Counted from the stretch's first letter, positions 14,170 to 24,754 are shown. The stretch: 64,000 nt of DNA from Fibrobacteria bacterium GUT31 (GCA_001462225.1 LIUH01000148.1:15209-79208), one strand, 5' to 3'. The notes: generated from the letters alone by a model not told the origin. Made by a program: numbers and translations.

Positions 14170-15537
14170 AAAAACTTTGCCCAGCGGCGGCGAATATTTG
14201 ATAAAAGGAATGTCGTTAAACAAAAACAAACTGAGCATTCCGCACACAACGCCGATTAAAACGGAAAACGAGCGCAAATAAGGAGCAAAAAAGGAGAGCA
14301 GAAAAAGCGCAAGCAAAGGGCCTGTGAAAAGCCCGGTAAAAAATAGGGCGTTTTTCAAAAGGGAGCCAACTTGAGACGCCGCAACAAAGGCTGCAAATGT
14401 TCCGCACACACCCCAAAGCACAATCCACATTTTTGTTCTTAACATGGATTCTTGCCCCGCAGTTTTGCACAAAATATCTTTCTCGGTCGTGTTTCCCAAA
14501 GCGTGAATCGCACTGGAAATACTGCTCATAGCCGCCGCAAAAATTGCCGCTACCAAAAGTCCCGTTAAACCGCGCGGCAAACCGTTCACAATAAAATACG
14601 GGAACACATCATTGACGCCGATATTTTCAGGAAGCGAACTTGCATTTTTGACCTTGTAATAAACAAACAACGCCGCTCCGAGCCAATAGAACAAAAGCGA
14701 AACAACAAGCCCTAAAACCATGGAAAGCACACTTGATCTGTTTGCCGCCTTAACATCTTTGCAACTCAGATATCTTTGCACAAACTGCTGGTCGCAACCT
14801 CTGATTGCAATTTCCAAAACCGCATACACAATACCGGCAGAGAGCAAGGTTCTCGCATTTGACGGGTCAAGTGCGCCGCTAAACCAATTGCTTTTCCCGC
14901 TCTCATCGGCAAGAGCAACCAATTCCCCAAACCCGCCGATGCCGTTTACCAAAACGAACAAGGCGAAAATTCCGCCGCCAAAGAAAACCAAAAATTGCAT
15001 TACATCGGTCCAAACAACAGCTTTAAAGCCTCCATACCAAGTGTATAAAATTGCGGCAACAGAAGAAATCAAAATAGCCGTCCATATGGGAATTTGCAAA
15101 ATCGGAGCTAGAACCAAAGACGGAGCAAATAACAAAATACCTGTTCTCAAAACCAAGTGCATAGCGTAAAAAACCGCAGCGACTCTGCGCACGGAGCGGG
15201 AAAAACTTTTTTCCAAAATTTCGTAAGCACTTTGCGCTCCGCTCTTTCTAATGCGAGGAATAAATATCCACCCCACAACCAAAACACTTAAAAAACTCCC
15301 TGCATTGGTCATTATCAAAGTCATATCCACATCAAAAACATCTGCCGGAACACCTAAAAGAGTTGTTGCGCTAACGGAAGTCGCTATTAAACTTATGCCA
15401 ACGGGAATCCACGGCATTGAGCCGCCTCCGAGCATATAATCCTTAAAAGAACGATTACTCCTTGCGGCGTACAAGCCTATAAAAATAGAGAGGCACCAAT
15501 ATACCGCAAGCACAGACCAGTCTATGGCACCGAACAT
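14068..15537 (-). CDS. Sodium:solute symporter (SSF) family transporter
   Basis: 489-aa ORF with about 13 hydrophobic helices and the typical SSF length and N-terminal layout. Confidence 0.75.
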   Translation of the reverse strand: MFGAIDWSVLAVYWCLSIFIGLYAARSNRSFKDYMLGGGSMPWIPVGISLIATSVSATTLLGVPADVFDVDMTLIMTNAGSFLSVLVVGWIFIPRIRKSGAQSAYEILEKSFSRSVRRVAAVFYAMHLVLRTGILLFAPSLVLAPILQIPIWTAILISSVAAILYTWYGGFKAVVWTDVMQFLVFFGGGIFALFVLVNGIGGFGELVALADESGKSNWFSGALDPSNARTLLSAGIVYAVLEIAIRGCDQQFVQRYLSCKDVKAANRSSVLSMVLGLVVSLLFYWLGAALFVYYKVKNASSLPENIGVNDVFPYFIVNGLPRGLTGLLVAAIFAAAMSSISSAIHALGNTTEKDILCKTAGQESMLRTKMWIVLWGVCGTFAAFVAASQVGSLLKNALFFTGLFTGPLLALFLLSFFAPYLRSFSVLIGVVCGMLSLFLFNDIPFIKYSPPLGKVFSWPWNPLISCTVSVWLALCVDFVVPRKVVNKVA

Positions 15538-17204
15538 TACTCGTTTGCCTCTGACATTTCCTGAAATTTATTTGCGATACTCACAAGGAATAATGTTTTT
15601 CCGCTCTGTCCGAGTTTATTCCCTATCTCTTTGATTTTATCTTTATTTAGCCATATAGAATGGCTTTTTATGGACAAAGTGTCTCCGTCAAGCAAGTTTT
15701 TCGTATTCGTTATAATTTGAGTTGCTATTATTTCAAAAACATTTTCCTTTAAGTCGCCTTTTACGGATAATACAAATTCACCGCTTCCAAGCATAGCTAA
15801 ATGCTGCCCGTTCCAAGCCTTTTTCACTCTTTTTAGTATTGCCAAAAATTTTTCAAAAACCGCAGCCTTGCCCTCTTTGTTTGAAGGGATGCATTTCAAG
15901 AATAAAATGCCAATGCTATCACTGCTGTTTTCCAGACTCTCTATTTCGTGCTCGTAGTAGTTCAAAATCTCGCCCAAACCGTTCGAATCAACTTCTGCCA
16001 AAGCATTTTCTTTTTCCTGTTTAGAAATATCTTTACTTTCAATATCGGAAAGTTTAAGCGAAGCACAAGCAATTATGCAAGTTAACACAATCTCATCCGT
16101 TATGGAAACCGCTTTGTCGTTTTTGCTTTCAAGCACAATAACCAGCGGATACGAATTATTTTGCATGGGAGGCCCAACGGCAAAAAGAGAACGAAGCTCC
16201 AAATTCTCAGGTTCATTTTCATAGAATCTGCGTTGATACGGATCCGTTGAAATTCTTTTTTCGTTTATCACAGAAATTTTTCCGGCTAAAAGTTCATAGA
16301 GCAGGCATTTCACATGAATACTAAAGGATACTCCTTTGAAAATTTCTTTTTGCTCGCCTACCGCTTCCACAATTTGCCATTTATCTTTATCCTGCTCATG
16401 CGGCATGATGAGCATTAACCTATTAAATCGAAAATTGTCCTGTAAAATTTGAGATAAATTGGCAATTAGGTTTCCCTTTGAAGAAGAATGAAGTAAGTCC
16501 GATATGTCTTTCAGCATACCGTTGAACAGACTGTTCTCCTTATCCAATTTGAAATTCCCGTCCATCGTTCTAAGCACCTCTTCCATCAGAGTTGCAAGTT
16601 CCAGCAATTCCATGCGTATATCATCGTCAAAGGCATTTTGATCTACGCTATCTATGGTTATGTAACCGCGCAACTTTCCACCGCCGGAAATAGCCGCACC
16701 TGCCATGGAGCTTGCCATTAATTCTTCTGTGCTATAAATGTCTATGGGGATTTCATCCATTCCGTTCCAGCTGAACTCTTTTTTTGAAAAGTACCTATTA
16801 TTCTGTGGTATGAGCAAATTCTCGCTTATACGATAAGGAGAGTTGGGAAGTCTCAGGGTAAAGCTCTCCCCGTTGAATGCCCAGTAACAAACAGAGAGAA
16901 TGTTGAGATTTTCTTTTTCCAGGTAGCTGCGGAAAAGAGCGAGCATTTTTTTAATAAAAGCATCTTTATTCACAGTTCCTTTTTCATAACATGTCTTTTC
17001 CTGTTCAAATCTCTTTACGGCGGAACCTTCTTGGTCAACATTAGCAACAAATTCAACAGGAATGCCCATAGTGTCGGTTACCCTTTGCGGGTTGCCTTTA
17101 GGCTCTTTGTGCAAAATTCTGTAATTATAAATCCATGCAAAAATGCAACCTAGAAAGACTGCGAATCCTAAGCAAAAAATAAAAGCAGTAATGGATATAT
17201 GCAC
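15537..17204 (-). CDS. Membrane-anchored signalling protein with GAF-like regions and a degenerate GGDEF-like C-terminal domain
   Basis: I moved the start to GTG 17204 (VHISITAFIFCLGFAVFLGCIF TM helix), 7 nt downstream of a TACATT motif. The C-terminal HLAMLGSGEFVLSV resembles RxGGDEF with GGDEF changed to GSGEF. Confidence 0.45.
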   Translation of the reverse strand: MHISITAFIFCLGFAVFLGCIFAWIYNYRILHKEPKGNPQRVTDTMGIPVEFVANVDQEGSAVKRFEQEKTCYEKGTVNKDAFIKKMLALFRSYLEKENLNILSVCYWAFNGESFTLRLPNSPYRISENLLIPQNNRYFSKKEFSWNGMDEIPIDIYSTEELMASSMAGAAISGGGKLRGYITIDSVDQNAFDDDIRMELLELATLMEEVLRTMDGNFKLDKENSLFNGMLKDISDLLHSSSKGNLIANLSQILQDNFRFNRLMLIMPHEQDKDKWQIVEAVGEQKEIFKGVSFSIHVKCLLYELLAGKISVINEKRISTDPYQRRFYENEPENLELRSLFAVGPPMQNNSYPLVIVLESKNDKAVSITDEIVLTCIIACASLKLSDIESKDISKQEKENALAEVDSNGLGEILNYYEHEIESLENSSDSIGILFLKCIPSNKEGKAAVFEKFLAILKRVKKAWNGQHLAMLGSGEFVLSVKGDLKENVFEIIATQIITNTKNLLDGDTLSIKSHSIWLNKDKIKEIGNKLGQSGKTLFLVSIANKFQEMSEANE

Positions 17205-17254
17205 AAAGGAGAATGTAGAAAAATTCACTATTTCAAAATTTCTATTTTTCCGGT

Positions 17255-18631
17255 ATGTTTTATGATACGGCACAAAAAATTTTGGATTTTTGCCTTGAGG
17301 CAGGGGCAACTTTTGCAGAGATTTATGAAGAAGAAACCAGAAAATCGTATCTGTCACTGAAAGACAACGCTATAGAAGGGGCATCTGCTTCCATAATTTA
17401 CGGAATCGGAATAAGAATGCTATATGGAACGGAGGTTCTTTACGGCTTTACAAGCGACTCTTCGGAAGAAGTTCTGCTGAACATTGCAAAAAATTTATCC
17501 ATAGCGAAAAACATAAAAGGAACCCAAAAAACCGAACTTGGCAAAGAGCAGAATTACATATCCTTTTGCAAAGACAGTTTCAAAGATCCCCGCATTCTGG
17601 GTCAGTCATATAAAAAAGATTTTTTGTTTGCAGCAAATTCTGCCGCTAGAATAAGCCCGAAAATTTTGCAGTTGGAAGCCTCTATTGCGGACTCCGTGCA
17701 AAATATAAATATATGGAACAGCGAAGGTTTGCAAATTTCCGATAGCAGAGCCAGAACGAGATTTTCCGTGAACGCTACCGCAGCAGAAAATTCGGAACGC
17801 ACCTCTGCGCACGAAGCTCCCGGCGCACTAGGCGGCTTTGAATTTTTGGATAATTTGCCCGTTAATAAATTGGCAGCCTCCTGTGCGGAAAGGGCACTCA
17901 GAATGCTCTCTGCACCTTATATAAAAGGCGGGCAAATGCCGGTTGTTATGGGAAATGCTTTTGGCGGGGTAATTTTTCACGAAGCCTGCGGGCATCCTTT
18001 GGAAGCAGAAGCTGTGCGCAAGCAAGCAAGCCCATTTTGCGGAAAATTAGGCGAGCAAGTTGCGCAACCCGTGCTAACCGCCGTGGACGACGGCACTTTA
18101 AGCGGAGTTTGGGGAAGTTTGGCGATAGACGATGAAGGAACCCCAACGCAGAAAACGATTTTGATTGAGAACGGAATTTTGAAAAACTTTTTAAGCGACC
18201 GTGTGGGTTCTAAGGAACTCGGCTTGCCATTGACCGGCAGCGCACGCAGAGAATCCTATAAGTATGCTCCTGTCAGCAGAATGAGAAACACATTCATAGC
18301 TCCCGGCGATTCCACTTTGCAGCAAATGCTCGCCACTGTTGATAATGGGCTTTATGCTGCAAAAATGGCGGGCGGCTCGGTTAATCCCGCAACAGGGGAA
18401 TTTAACTTTGCGGTTGAAGAGGGCTACGAGATTAAAAAAGGTAAATTGGGCGACGCAGTTCGCGGTGCAACTCTTATAGGGCTTGGTCATGAGATTTTAC
18501 CTAAAATAAGCATGGTTGGCAACGATTTTGAGCTTGCGGCGGGAATGTGCGGAGCAAGCTCCGGCCATATTCCGGTGACTGTCGGGCAGCCATCTATAAA
18601 GGTGGATTCTATTTTGGTTGGCGGGCGTTAG
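17255..18631 (+). CDS. tldD: TldD/PmbA family metalloprotease (TldD)
   Basis: 458 aa with the TldD zinc motif HEACGHPLEAE. A TATTTT motif lies 6 nt upstream of the ATG. Confidence 0.85.
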   Translation: MFYDTAQKILDFCLEAGATFAEIYEEETRKSYLSLKDNAIEGASASIIYGIGIRMLYGTEVLYGFTSDSSEEVLLNIAKNLSIAKNIKGTQKTELGKEQNYISFCKDSFKDPRILGQSYKKDFLFAANSAARISPKILQLEASIADSVQNINIWNSEGLQISDSRARTRFSVNATAAENSERTSAHEAPGALGGFEFLDNLPVNKLAASCAERALRMLSAPYIKGGQMPVVMGNAFGGVIFHEACGHPLEAEAVRKQASPFCGKLGEQVAQPVLTAVDDGTLSGVWGSLAIDDEGTPTQKTILIENGILKNFLSDRVGSKELGLPLTGSARRESYKYAPVSRMRNTFIAPGDSTLQQMLATVDNGLYAAKMAGGSVNPATGEFNFAVEEGYEIKKGKLGDAVRGATLIGLGHEILPKISMVGNDFELAAGMCGASSGHIPVTVGQPSIKVDSILVGGR

Positions 18632-19014
18632 CTTTTGTTCATAACTAAAGCATTTTCCCCATCCGCGTAGTATCCCTTTCTTTCGAATATTTTTTCGTAT
18701 CCTAATTTTTTGTAAAGAGAAATTGCGGCGGTGTTGCTTTCTTTCACTTCCAGAAAAAAATTCTTAGCACCTAGCCCGGCAAGCTCCCTATGGCAATGCT
18801 CCATTAACATTTTCGCCAAACCTTTGCCTCGCTCGGCGCATTTAACTGCAATGGATAAAAGCTCGCATTCGTCGCCCGCCATTTGCCAAATAGCAAAAGA
18901 TTTTTGTTCCAAAACCCAAGATGTTGAATTAGGACCCCACTGCGGCAAACCGCACTCGCTTTGAATAGCGGAAATCCATTCCAGGTCATGTTTGGCGGCG
19001 CAGGGAGCAATCAT
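18628..19014 (-). CDS. rimI: GNAT N-acetyltransferase, RimI-like
   Basis: ELLSIAVKCAERGKGLAKMLM and FFLEVKESNTAAISLYKKLGYE fit the RimI acetyl-CoA-binding layout. It is short, at 128 aa. Confidence 0.6.
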   Translation of the reverse strand: MIAPCAAKHDLEWISAIQSECGLPQWGPNSTSWVLEQKSFAIWQMAGDECELLSIAVKCAERGKGLAKMLMEHCHRELAGLGAKNFFLEVKESNTAAISLYKKLGYEKIFERKGYYADGENALVMNKS

Positions 19015-19051
19015 GATTTTGCAATATAGAAAAAATTGTATATTTATAGTC

Positions 19052-20569
19052 GTGGATAAAATATTGATTTACGAACTCATGCTCAAATGTGCTGTATTTG
19101 TTGTTTTGTTTTTCGGTATTTTTATTCTCTTGTCAAAAAACGAAACTATTAGGAATTTCTGTGTTAGAAATCAAAAGACCGCTTTTATATTGTTATGTAT
19201 TTTGACTTTTATTTCAATAATCGTGCGATTTGTTATGTATGCAAAAACTCGTTCGCTTTGGCTTGATGAGGCTATGCTTGCAGAAAGCCTTGTGACAAGA
19301 GATTTTTGGAACTTGCTTGCAACTCCGCTTGAAAATAATCAAACCGCACCGGCTTTTTACCTTCTTGCGGTAAAATTGATTTGTCTTATTTTCGGTTATG
19401 GCGAGGGGGCATTGCGCTCTTTTTCTTTTCTTGCATTTATCGGACTTCTTGTAGCTCAGGCTATTTTGCTAAAAAAACATTTCTGTTTAAACAATATCCG
19501 GACTGCGTTTAGTGTATTTTGCGTTGCAACTATACCGGCGTATATGTACTATTCAAATGAGCTTAAACCCTATATGAGCGATGTATTTTTTGTCGTTCTC
19601 GTTTTGCTTCTATATTACTTATATAGTTGCGGAAAAATAAAACTGCCGATTATCACAATAATTTACAGTATTATTTTGCTTTTTTCAAATCCCGCTTCTT
19701 TCTTTATAGGAGCTATGTATATTGTTGAATTCGTATCTGCCTTTTGCAAAAAAAGAAAGAGAAAAATGTTGCTTGTTGTAATTTTTGGCATGGCAATACT
19801 TGCTGTTTTTGCGGTGTATTATTATTTATGGCTTATGCCGGTTGCGAATAACGATTATATGATAAATTATTGGAAAAACGCTGCTGAAATCGGAAGAACT
19901 AACATTATGTATATATTCACCCCGAGCCGCTTTTCTTCTAACAGCATGATTTGTTGGCTATTCGTACCTTTTTCATTGCTTGGATTATTTGATTCTTGCA
20001 GAAAAAAAGATTTTGTATCTCTTGTGGTTTTGGTTGCCATTATTTTAGCTGCGTTTGCTTCTGTAATCGGAAAATATCCTTTATCAGCCCGGTTGTGGTT
20101 GTTTCTTCCAGCTCTTGTTTTTATTTATGCACCGTTTGGCATGATTTTTATTGCAAAAAAATCACTGCTTATTGCATTTTTATTAGCCTTTACAATAAAT
20201 CAATCCGCTTTCGTGGATTTTTGCGAACAAAGATTATATTATCCTGGTCAAGAAACAAATCCTTTGATAGAATATGTGCAAAAAAATATAAAAGAAGGGG
20301 AATTTTTTTATGTTGATTATCATTCGAATTTTGTGATGCGTTATAAAAACAGCTATGGTAGGAATGTATTGGAAGATAACATTATTTGGGGCAACGAGTT
20401 GGATGAGGAAACTCTAGGTAACGAAGTTCAGAGGATTAAAGGAAATGCTTATTTGTTATTAAATCGCCATGTGAAGTTGGAGAACAGGCTTGATATTTTT
20501 CAAAGATATGGAAAAGTTAGCAAAATTATGGAAGTTTATGAAACTCCGCTTTATTACTTTGAAAGGTAA
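19052..20569 (+). CDS. Polytopic membrane glycosyltransferase, GT39/ArnT-like
   Basis: It has more than 10 TM helices. RSLWLDEAMLAESL resembles the DE loop motif of ArnT/PMT-type enzymes. The start is GTG 19052 (7 nt after TATATT) or ATG 19079. Confidence 0.55.
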   Translation: MDKILIYELMLKCAVFVVLFFGIFILLSKNETIRNFCVRNQKTAFILLCILTFISIIVRFVMYAKTRSLWLDEAMLAESLVTRDFWNLLATPLENNQTAPAFYLLAVKLICLIFGYGEGALRSFSFLAFIGLLVAQAILLKKHFCLNNIRTAFSVFCVATIPAYMYYSNELKPYMSDVFFVVLVLLLYYLYSCGKIKLPIITIIYSIILLFSNPASFFIGAMYIVEFVSAFCKKRKRKMLLVVIFGMAILAVFAVYYYLWLMPVANNDYMINYWKNAAEIGRTNIMYIFTPSRFSSNSMICWLFVPFSLLGLFDSCRKKDFVSLVVLVAIILAAFASVIGKYPLSARLWLFLPALVFIYAPFGMIFIAKKSLLIAFLLAFTINQSAFVDFCEQRLYYPGQETNPLIEYVQKNIKEGEFFYVDYHSNFVMRYKNSYGRNVLEDNIIWGNELDEETLGNEVQRIKGNAYLLLNRHVKLENRLDIFQRYGKVSKIMEVYETPLYYFER

Positions 20570-20589
20570 CTTTTTTATTTGTATATTGT

Positions 20590-21732
20590 TTGCCAATGCC
20601 GGAGTCTATCAATTTTAACGAAGCTCCCTTTTTAGGGAGCGAGTTTGAGCATATAAAGGATGCCATAGATTCCAAACATATAAGCGGAGGCGGCAAATAC
20701 ACAAAATTGTGCAATGGCATTTTGGAAAATATAACCGGAACAAAAAAAGCTCTATTTACGCATTCCTGCACAGCAGCTCTTGAAATGAGTGCCTTGCTAT
20801 TAAACATAGAACCGGGAGATGAGGTAATTTTACCAAGCTATACATTCTCTTCCACAGCGAGTGCATTCGCTTTGCGTGGAGCAAAATTGGTATTTATAGA
20901 TATTAAGAATGACACTTTGAACCTAGATGAAAATTTGCTCGGACAAGCCATCACCAAAAAAACAAAGGCTATAATCCCCGTGCATTACGCCGGAGTTTCC
21001 TGCGAAATGGATGGGATTTTGGATATTGCAAACAAGTATAAAATAGCGGTTATTGAAGATGCGGCACAAGCGGTTGGCAGTTATTATAGGGAAAAAGCGT
21101 GTGGCAGCATCGGAGATTTTGGGTGCTATTCTTTTCACGAAACAAAAAACATATCATGCGGAGAGGGTGGCGCATTGCTCATAAACAATGAACGCTGCAT
21201 TGAGCAAGCGGAAATAATTTTGGAAAAAGGGACTGACCGCAGCAAGTTTTTCAGAGGGCAGGTGGATAAATACACTTGGGTTGATTTAGGCAGTTCCTAT
21301 TTGCCAAGCGATATGCTTGCAGCTTATCTGTATCCGCAGTTGCAAAATGTTGAGCATATAAATAAACAGCGAACTGAGTTATGGAATAACTATCATAAAA
21401 GTTTTGAGGAATTTGAGAATAGAGAAATTGTTAAAAGACCTTTTGTTCCGGCTCATTGCAGGCATAATGCACATCTGTATTATTTGCGTTTTAATTCGTT
21501 GGAAATTCGCTCTAAATTTATAGAGTTTATGAATTCTAAAGGCATTATGTGCATATTTCACTATGTACCTTTGCATTCCTCCATAGCGGGAAAAAAATAT
21601 GGTAAAACGGCAGGTTCTATGAAAAATACAGACCTTGTAAGCGATACATTGGTGAGGCTTCCGCTTTTTTACGGAATGGATAGCCAAAATAAAATTATAG
21701 ATTGCACGGGGAGTTTTTTATCAAGTTTATGA
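20590..21732 (+). CDS. wecE: dTDP-4-amino-4,6-dideoxy-sugar aminotransferase (WecE/DegT family)
   Basis: THSCTAALEMSALLLNIEPGDEVILPSYTFSSTASAFALRGAKLVFIDI closely parallels E. coli WecE as I remember it. Confidence 0.8.
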   Translation: MPMPESINFNEAPFLGSEFEHIKDAIDSKHISGGGKYTKLCNGILENITGTKKALFTHSCTAALEMSALLLNIEPGDEVILPSYTFSSTASAFALRGAKLVFIDIKNDTLNLDENLLGQAITKKTKAIIPVHYAGVSCEMDGILDIANKYKIAVIEDAAQAVGSYYREKACGSIGDFGCYSFHETKNISCGEGGALLINNERCIEQAEIILEKGTDRSKFFRGQVDKYTWVDLGSSYLPSDMLAAYLYPQLQNVEHINKQRTELWNNYHKSFEEFENREIVKRPFVPAHCRHNAHLYYLRFNSLEIRSKFIEFMNSKGIMCIFHYVPLHSSIAGKKYGKTAGSMKNTDLVSDTLVRLPLFYGMDSQNKIIDCTGSFLSSL

Positions 21733-23108
21733 GTTCCATTAAAACTATTCTTAAAAGTGTGTACAGAAGATTATTCTGTGGGAAGCTCTATTATTTTGAA
21801 CAACGTTTTGCAAAAGAACAAAAAAACGATATGCGTTACTTAGATAAAGAAATTGAAAAATATGCCTTTGAAATTACACCACCGAGCTTTGAGGAAAACA
21901 TTGTAAGCAATAGGATTGCATTTTTGGCAACGGAATTATACGATTTCGGCGGGCATACGGAAGTTATTAAGAATATTATAGAAAGCCTTCCTAAGGAATA
22001 CGAGTGCAAATTATTTTTGGCAAAAAAATACAGAACTTTGCGTTGTGCTCCCGTAAAAATGATAGAAATTTTGCAATATTGCAAAATGGACGGAGTTAAT
22101 TTTGGCTATGAGAACGATAAAAGGGCTTTATTGAAAATGTTTGGCAAAATAACGGAATTTGCACCTAAAGCTATTTTTGTTTTTATGCATAATAACGATG
22201 TTTTTAGCACAGCACTTTTGGCATTGCTAAAAAAATGGACTAAAATCAAAATTTTTTATTCGGATATATGCTCTCATCAATTCGGCATAGGAATGAGCTT
22301 TGCGGATTTGATTTTGGAGGGAATGCCCTCAACTGTTTTTATCACGCAAAAATACAGGGGGTTCAAAAATACATCCATGAATTGGATTTGCCATTTGCCC
22401 CGTGAAAAATTACCCGTAATAACGGAAAGCGAAGTTTTGGAAATGCGCAAAAAAATATTGCCTCCGGATGCTCTATGCACTGTTAGCGGCGCGGCAGCTT
22501 ACAAATTCTTTGAAAATGAGGATTCTGCGTATTTAAAAATGATTGAAAGGTTATTGAATAAAAATGAGAATTTATACCATATACTCATTACCGAATTTAC
22601 TCCAAGGCATAAAAATATTTTTGATTCAATTTTTGAAAATTCCGCCGCAAAAAACAGAATAAAACTTATGAATTTCACGCCGAATTTCAGATTGCTTTTT
22701 AAGTGTGCAGATGTATTTATAGACAGTTTCCCGGTTAGCAGCGCATTTACAATGATAGATTTAATGAGTTTAAAAGTTCCTTTTGTCGCAAAAAAAAACA
22801 GAGATAATATAGCCTTTTCCTTTCACGAATACTTAACTCCGGATTATCCTTATATGTTTGACAATGCGCAGGATATGGAAACCGGAATAGAGAATTTGTT
22901 GTTTAACAAAGGACGCAGAGAGCAGATTGCAAAAGAGAATTTTGAGCATTTTTTGATTTTTTTTGAGGGAAAAAAATATGCAAGCCGTTTAATAGACTTA
23001 GCAAATTGCGATGATTTGAGTGAGGTATATGACAAGGAAATAGATGAAACGCAATACAAGGATTTTAAGAAAATGGAATTGCTGCCTTTTCCATATGGGT
23101 TGAGTTGA
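21729..23108 (+). CDS. Putative glycosyltransferase (GT41/SPY-like catalytic domain), function unknown
   Basis: ATGA overlap with wecE. FGGHTEVIKNIIESL and DVFIDSFPVSSAFTMIDLMSLKVPFV resemble GT41 C-terminal motifs. This assignment is weak. Confidence 0.4.
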   Translation: MSSIKTILKSVYRRLFCGKLYYFEQRFAKEQKNDMRYLDKEIEKYAFEITPPSFEENIVSNRIAFLATELYDFGGHTEVIKNIIESLPKEYECKLFLAKKYRTLRCAPVKMIEILQYCKMDGVNFGYENDKRALLKMFGKITEFAPKAIFVFMHNNDVFSTALLALLKKWTKIKIFYSDICSHQFGIGMSFADLILEGMPSTVFITQKYRGFKNTSMNWICHLPREKLPVITESEVLEMRKKILPPDALCTVSGAAAYKFFENEDSAYLKMIERLLNKNENLYHILITEFTPRHKNIFDSIFENSAAKNRIKLMNFTPNFRLLFKCADVFIDSFPVSSAFTMIDLMSLKVPFVAKKNRDNIAFSFHEYLTPDYPYMFDNAQDMETGIENLLFNKGRREQIAKENFEHFLIFFEGKKYASRLIDLANCDDLSEVYDKEIDETQYKDFKKMELLPFPYGLS

Positions 23109-23109
23109 T

Positions 23110-23805
23110 ATGAAAAAGGTTGCCGTTTTGCAATCAAATTACATTCCTTGGAAAGGGTATTTTGATATAATTTCGCAAGTTGATGAATTCATATTTTATG
23201 ATGATGTTCAATATACAAATGGAGATTGGAGAAATAGGAATAAAATCAAAACGGATAATGGTCTTTTATGGTTATCTGTTCCTGTTGGAAAATCGGAAAG
23301 TCGTTTGATATGCGATGTGAATATTACAAGCCATGATTGGCAAAAAAAACATTGGCAAAGTATTATGCAATTTTACAAAAAAGCGCCTTTCTTTGAGGAA
23401 TATAAAAGTTTTTTTGAAGATTTTTATTTGAATAAAGTTCATAATAATTTATCGGATATGAATATCGGTTTGATAAAAAAAATATGTTCGGAAATTTTGA
23501 ATATAAAAACGAATTTCAAAGATTCAAGAGAATTTAATTTGCAAGGAAAAAAGGAAAACAGGTTGCTGGAATTATTGGAAAAAACAGAGGCATCTCTTTG
23601 TTTAGCCGGACCTGCAGCAAAAAGTTATATTGATGAACAGCATTTTGCTGACAAAAATATAGAACTCAAATGGATGGATTATTCCGGCTATCCTGAATAC
23701 AAGCAGTTATTTGGAAAATTTGAACATGCGGTTTCCATTTTGGATTTAATTTTCAATGTCGGGAGCGATTCGCCTTTTTATGTTTATGGGTGGAGAGCCA
23801 CTTGA
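23110..23805 (+). CDS. WbqC family protein
   Basis: VAVLQSNYIPWKGYFDII and WRNRNKIKT are typical WbqC N-terminal motifs. Confidence 0.8.
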   Translation: MKKVAVLQSNYIPWKGYFDIISQVDEFIFYDDVQYTNGDWRNRNKIKTDNGLLWLSVPVGKSESRLICDVNITSHDWQKKHWQSIMQFYKKAPFFEEYKSFFEDFYLNKVHNNLSDMNIGLIKKICSEILNIKTNFKDSREFNLQGKKENRLLELLEKTEASLCLAGPAAKSYIDEQHFADKNIELKWMDYSGYPEYKQLFGKFEHAVSILDLIFNVGSDSPFYVYGWRAT

Positions 23806-24754
23806 AAAAACTTTTTTTATAAAGAAATTTTTCAAATTCTTTGCCGCTCATCGGATAATCGGCAAAAATTTTTTTCCGTTTTTTTAGCATCTTCGGCAGA
23901 TTACGCAAAATATCTATATACGCTTTTAACCTCATAAAAAAATAACCCCGGAACGTACATAATACCATAGATAGAACTTGGAACAGAAAAATCTGCGGAC
24001 TATACTTTAACAAAGTTATCAAAGGATAATGCTTTATTTTCAAATAAAACTTATTTCGTTCCGCAAAATACATTCTTTGAGCGGAATGTTGCACTATGGT
24101 AGCACAGCCCTTATGCCTTATTTTAGCTTTAGGCAGCATCCAAATTTCCACTCCCATTCTTTTTGCCATAAGCGATAAATCTACGTCCTCATAAATCAGA
24201 AAAAAATCTTCGTCAAAACCGCCGATTTTATTAAACAATTCTTTATTGAATACCGCACCGCCACCGCAAGCAGACATGATTTCTCTTTTATCTGCAAATA
24301 TGGCATCATCTGCTTCCAAATCTTCGTATTTGTAACCCAAACACCAGGGGTACAAACAATCTCCGCCGGAATCTACTTTTGTAGGTTCGTCAAAATTGAC
24401 CATTAAAGGGGCAAATACAAGATGATTTGTTTTTCTTTCCGATATGCCTTTTGCAATCTCTGCAAGGCAGTTATTTTCCAGCATTGTATCGTTATTTAAA
24501 AAGAAGACCCATTCACCGAGAGCATAAGGCAAGGCACAATTGTTTCCACCGGCAAATCCTAAATTACTTTTATTTTCGACCGTTTTTACTTTCGGATAAT
24601 TTTCTCTTACCCAAAGAACAGAAGAATCTGTAGAATTGTTATCCACTAAAATAACTTCAAAATCCGTAAAGTTCTGGTTAAATATGGAATCCAAACATTC
24701 TCGCAGATGATGTTTTCCGTTATAGTTCAAGATAATTATGCTTATCAGCGGCAT
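23753..24754 (-). CDS. Glycosyltransferase family 2
   Basis: ISIIILNYNGKHHLRECLDSI and ILVDNNSTDSS (GT-A DxD-type N-terminus). Confidence 0.85.
   Translation of the reverse strand: MPLISIIILNYNGKHHLRECLDSIFNQNFTDFEVILVDNNSTDSSVLWVRENYPKVKTVENKSNLGFAGGNNCALPYALGEWVFFLNNDTMLENNCLAEIAKGISERKTNHLVFAPLMVNFDEPTKVDSGGDCLYPWCLGYKYEDLEADDAIFADKREIMSACGGGAVFNKELFNKIGGFDEDFFLIYEDVDLSLMAKRMGVEIWMLPKAKIRHKGCATIVQHSAQRMYFAERNKFYLKIKHYPLITLLKYSPQIFLFQVLSMVLCTFRGYFFMRLKAYIDILRNLPKMLKKRKKIFADYPMSGKEFEKFLYKKSFFKWLSTHKHKKANRSRH

Noticed and set aside
17205-17357. Long N-terminal extensions in the ORF track (17205-17357, 4562-4594, 30395-30415, 40689-40727, 61177-61209, 57470-57553, 52283-52306, 6990-7019, 6144-6212).
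   Set aside because: Most of these extensions contain the promoter motif itself or overlap a divergent gene; 6144-6212 overlaps the co-directional dcm stump, and for 6990-7019 the case rests on the downstream start alone. In each case a downstream start gives a proper signal peptide, TM helix or family-typical N-terminus.
19051-19059. DnaA-box-like 9-mer (CGTGGATAA, 8/9 match to TGTGGATAA).
   Set aside because: It is a single isolated copy inside a promoter/start region, with no cluster, no AT-rich unwinding element context and no dnaA nearby.
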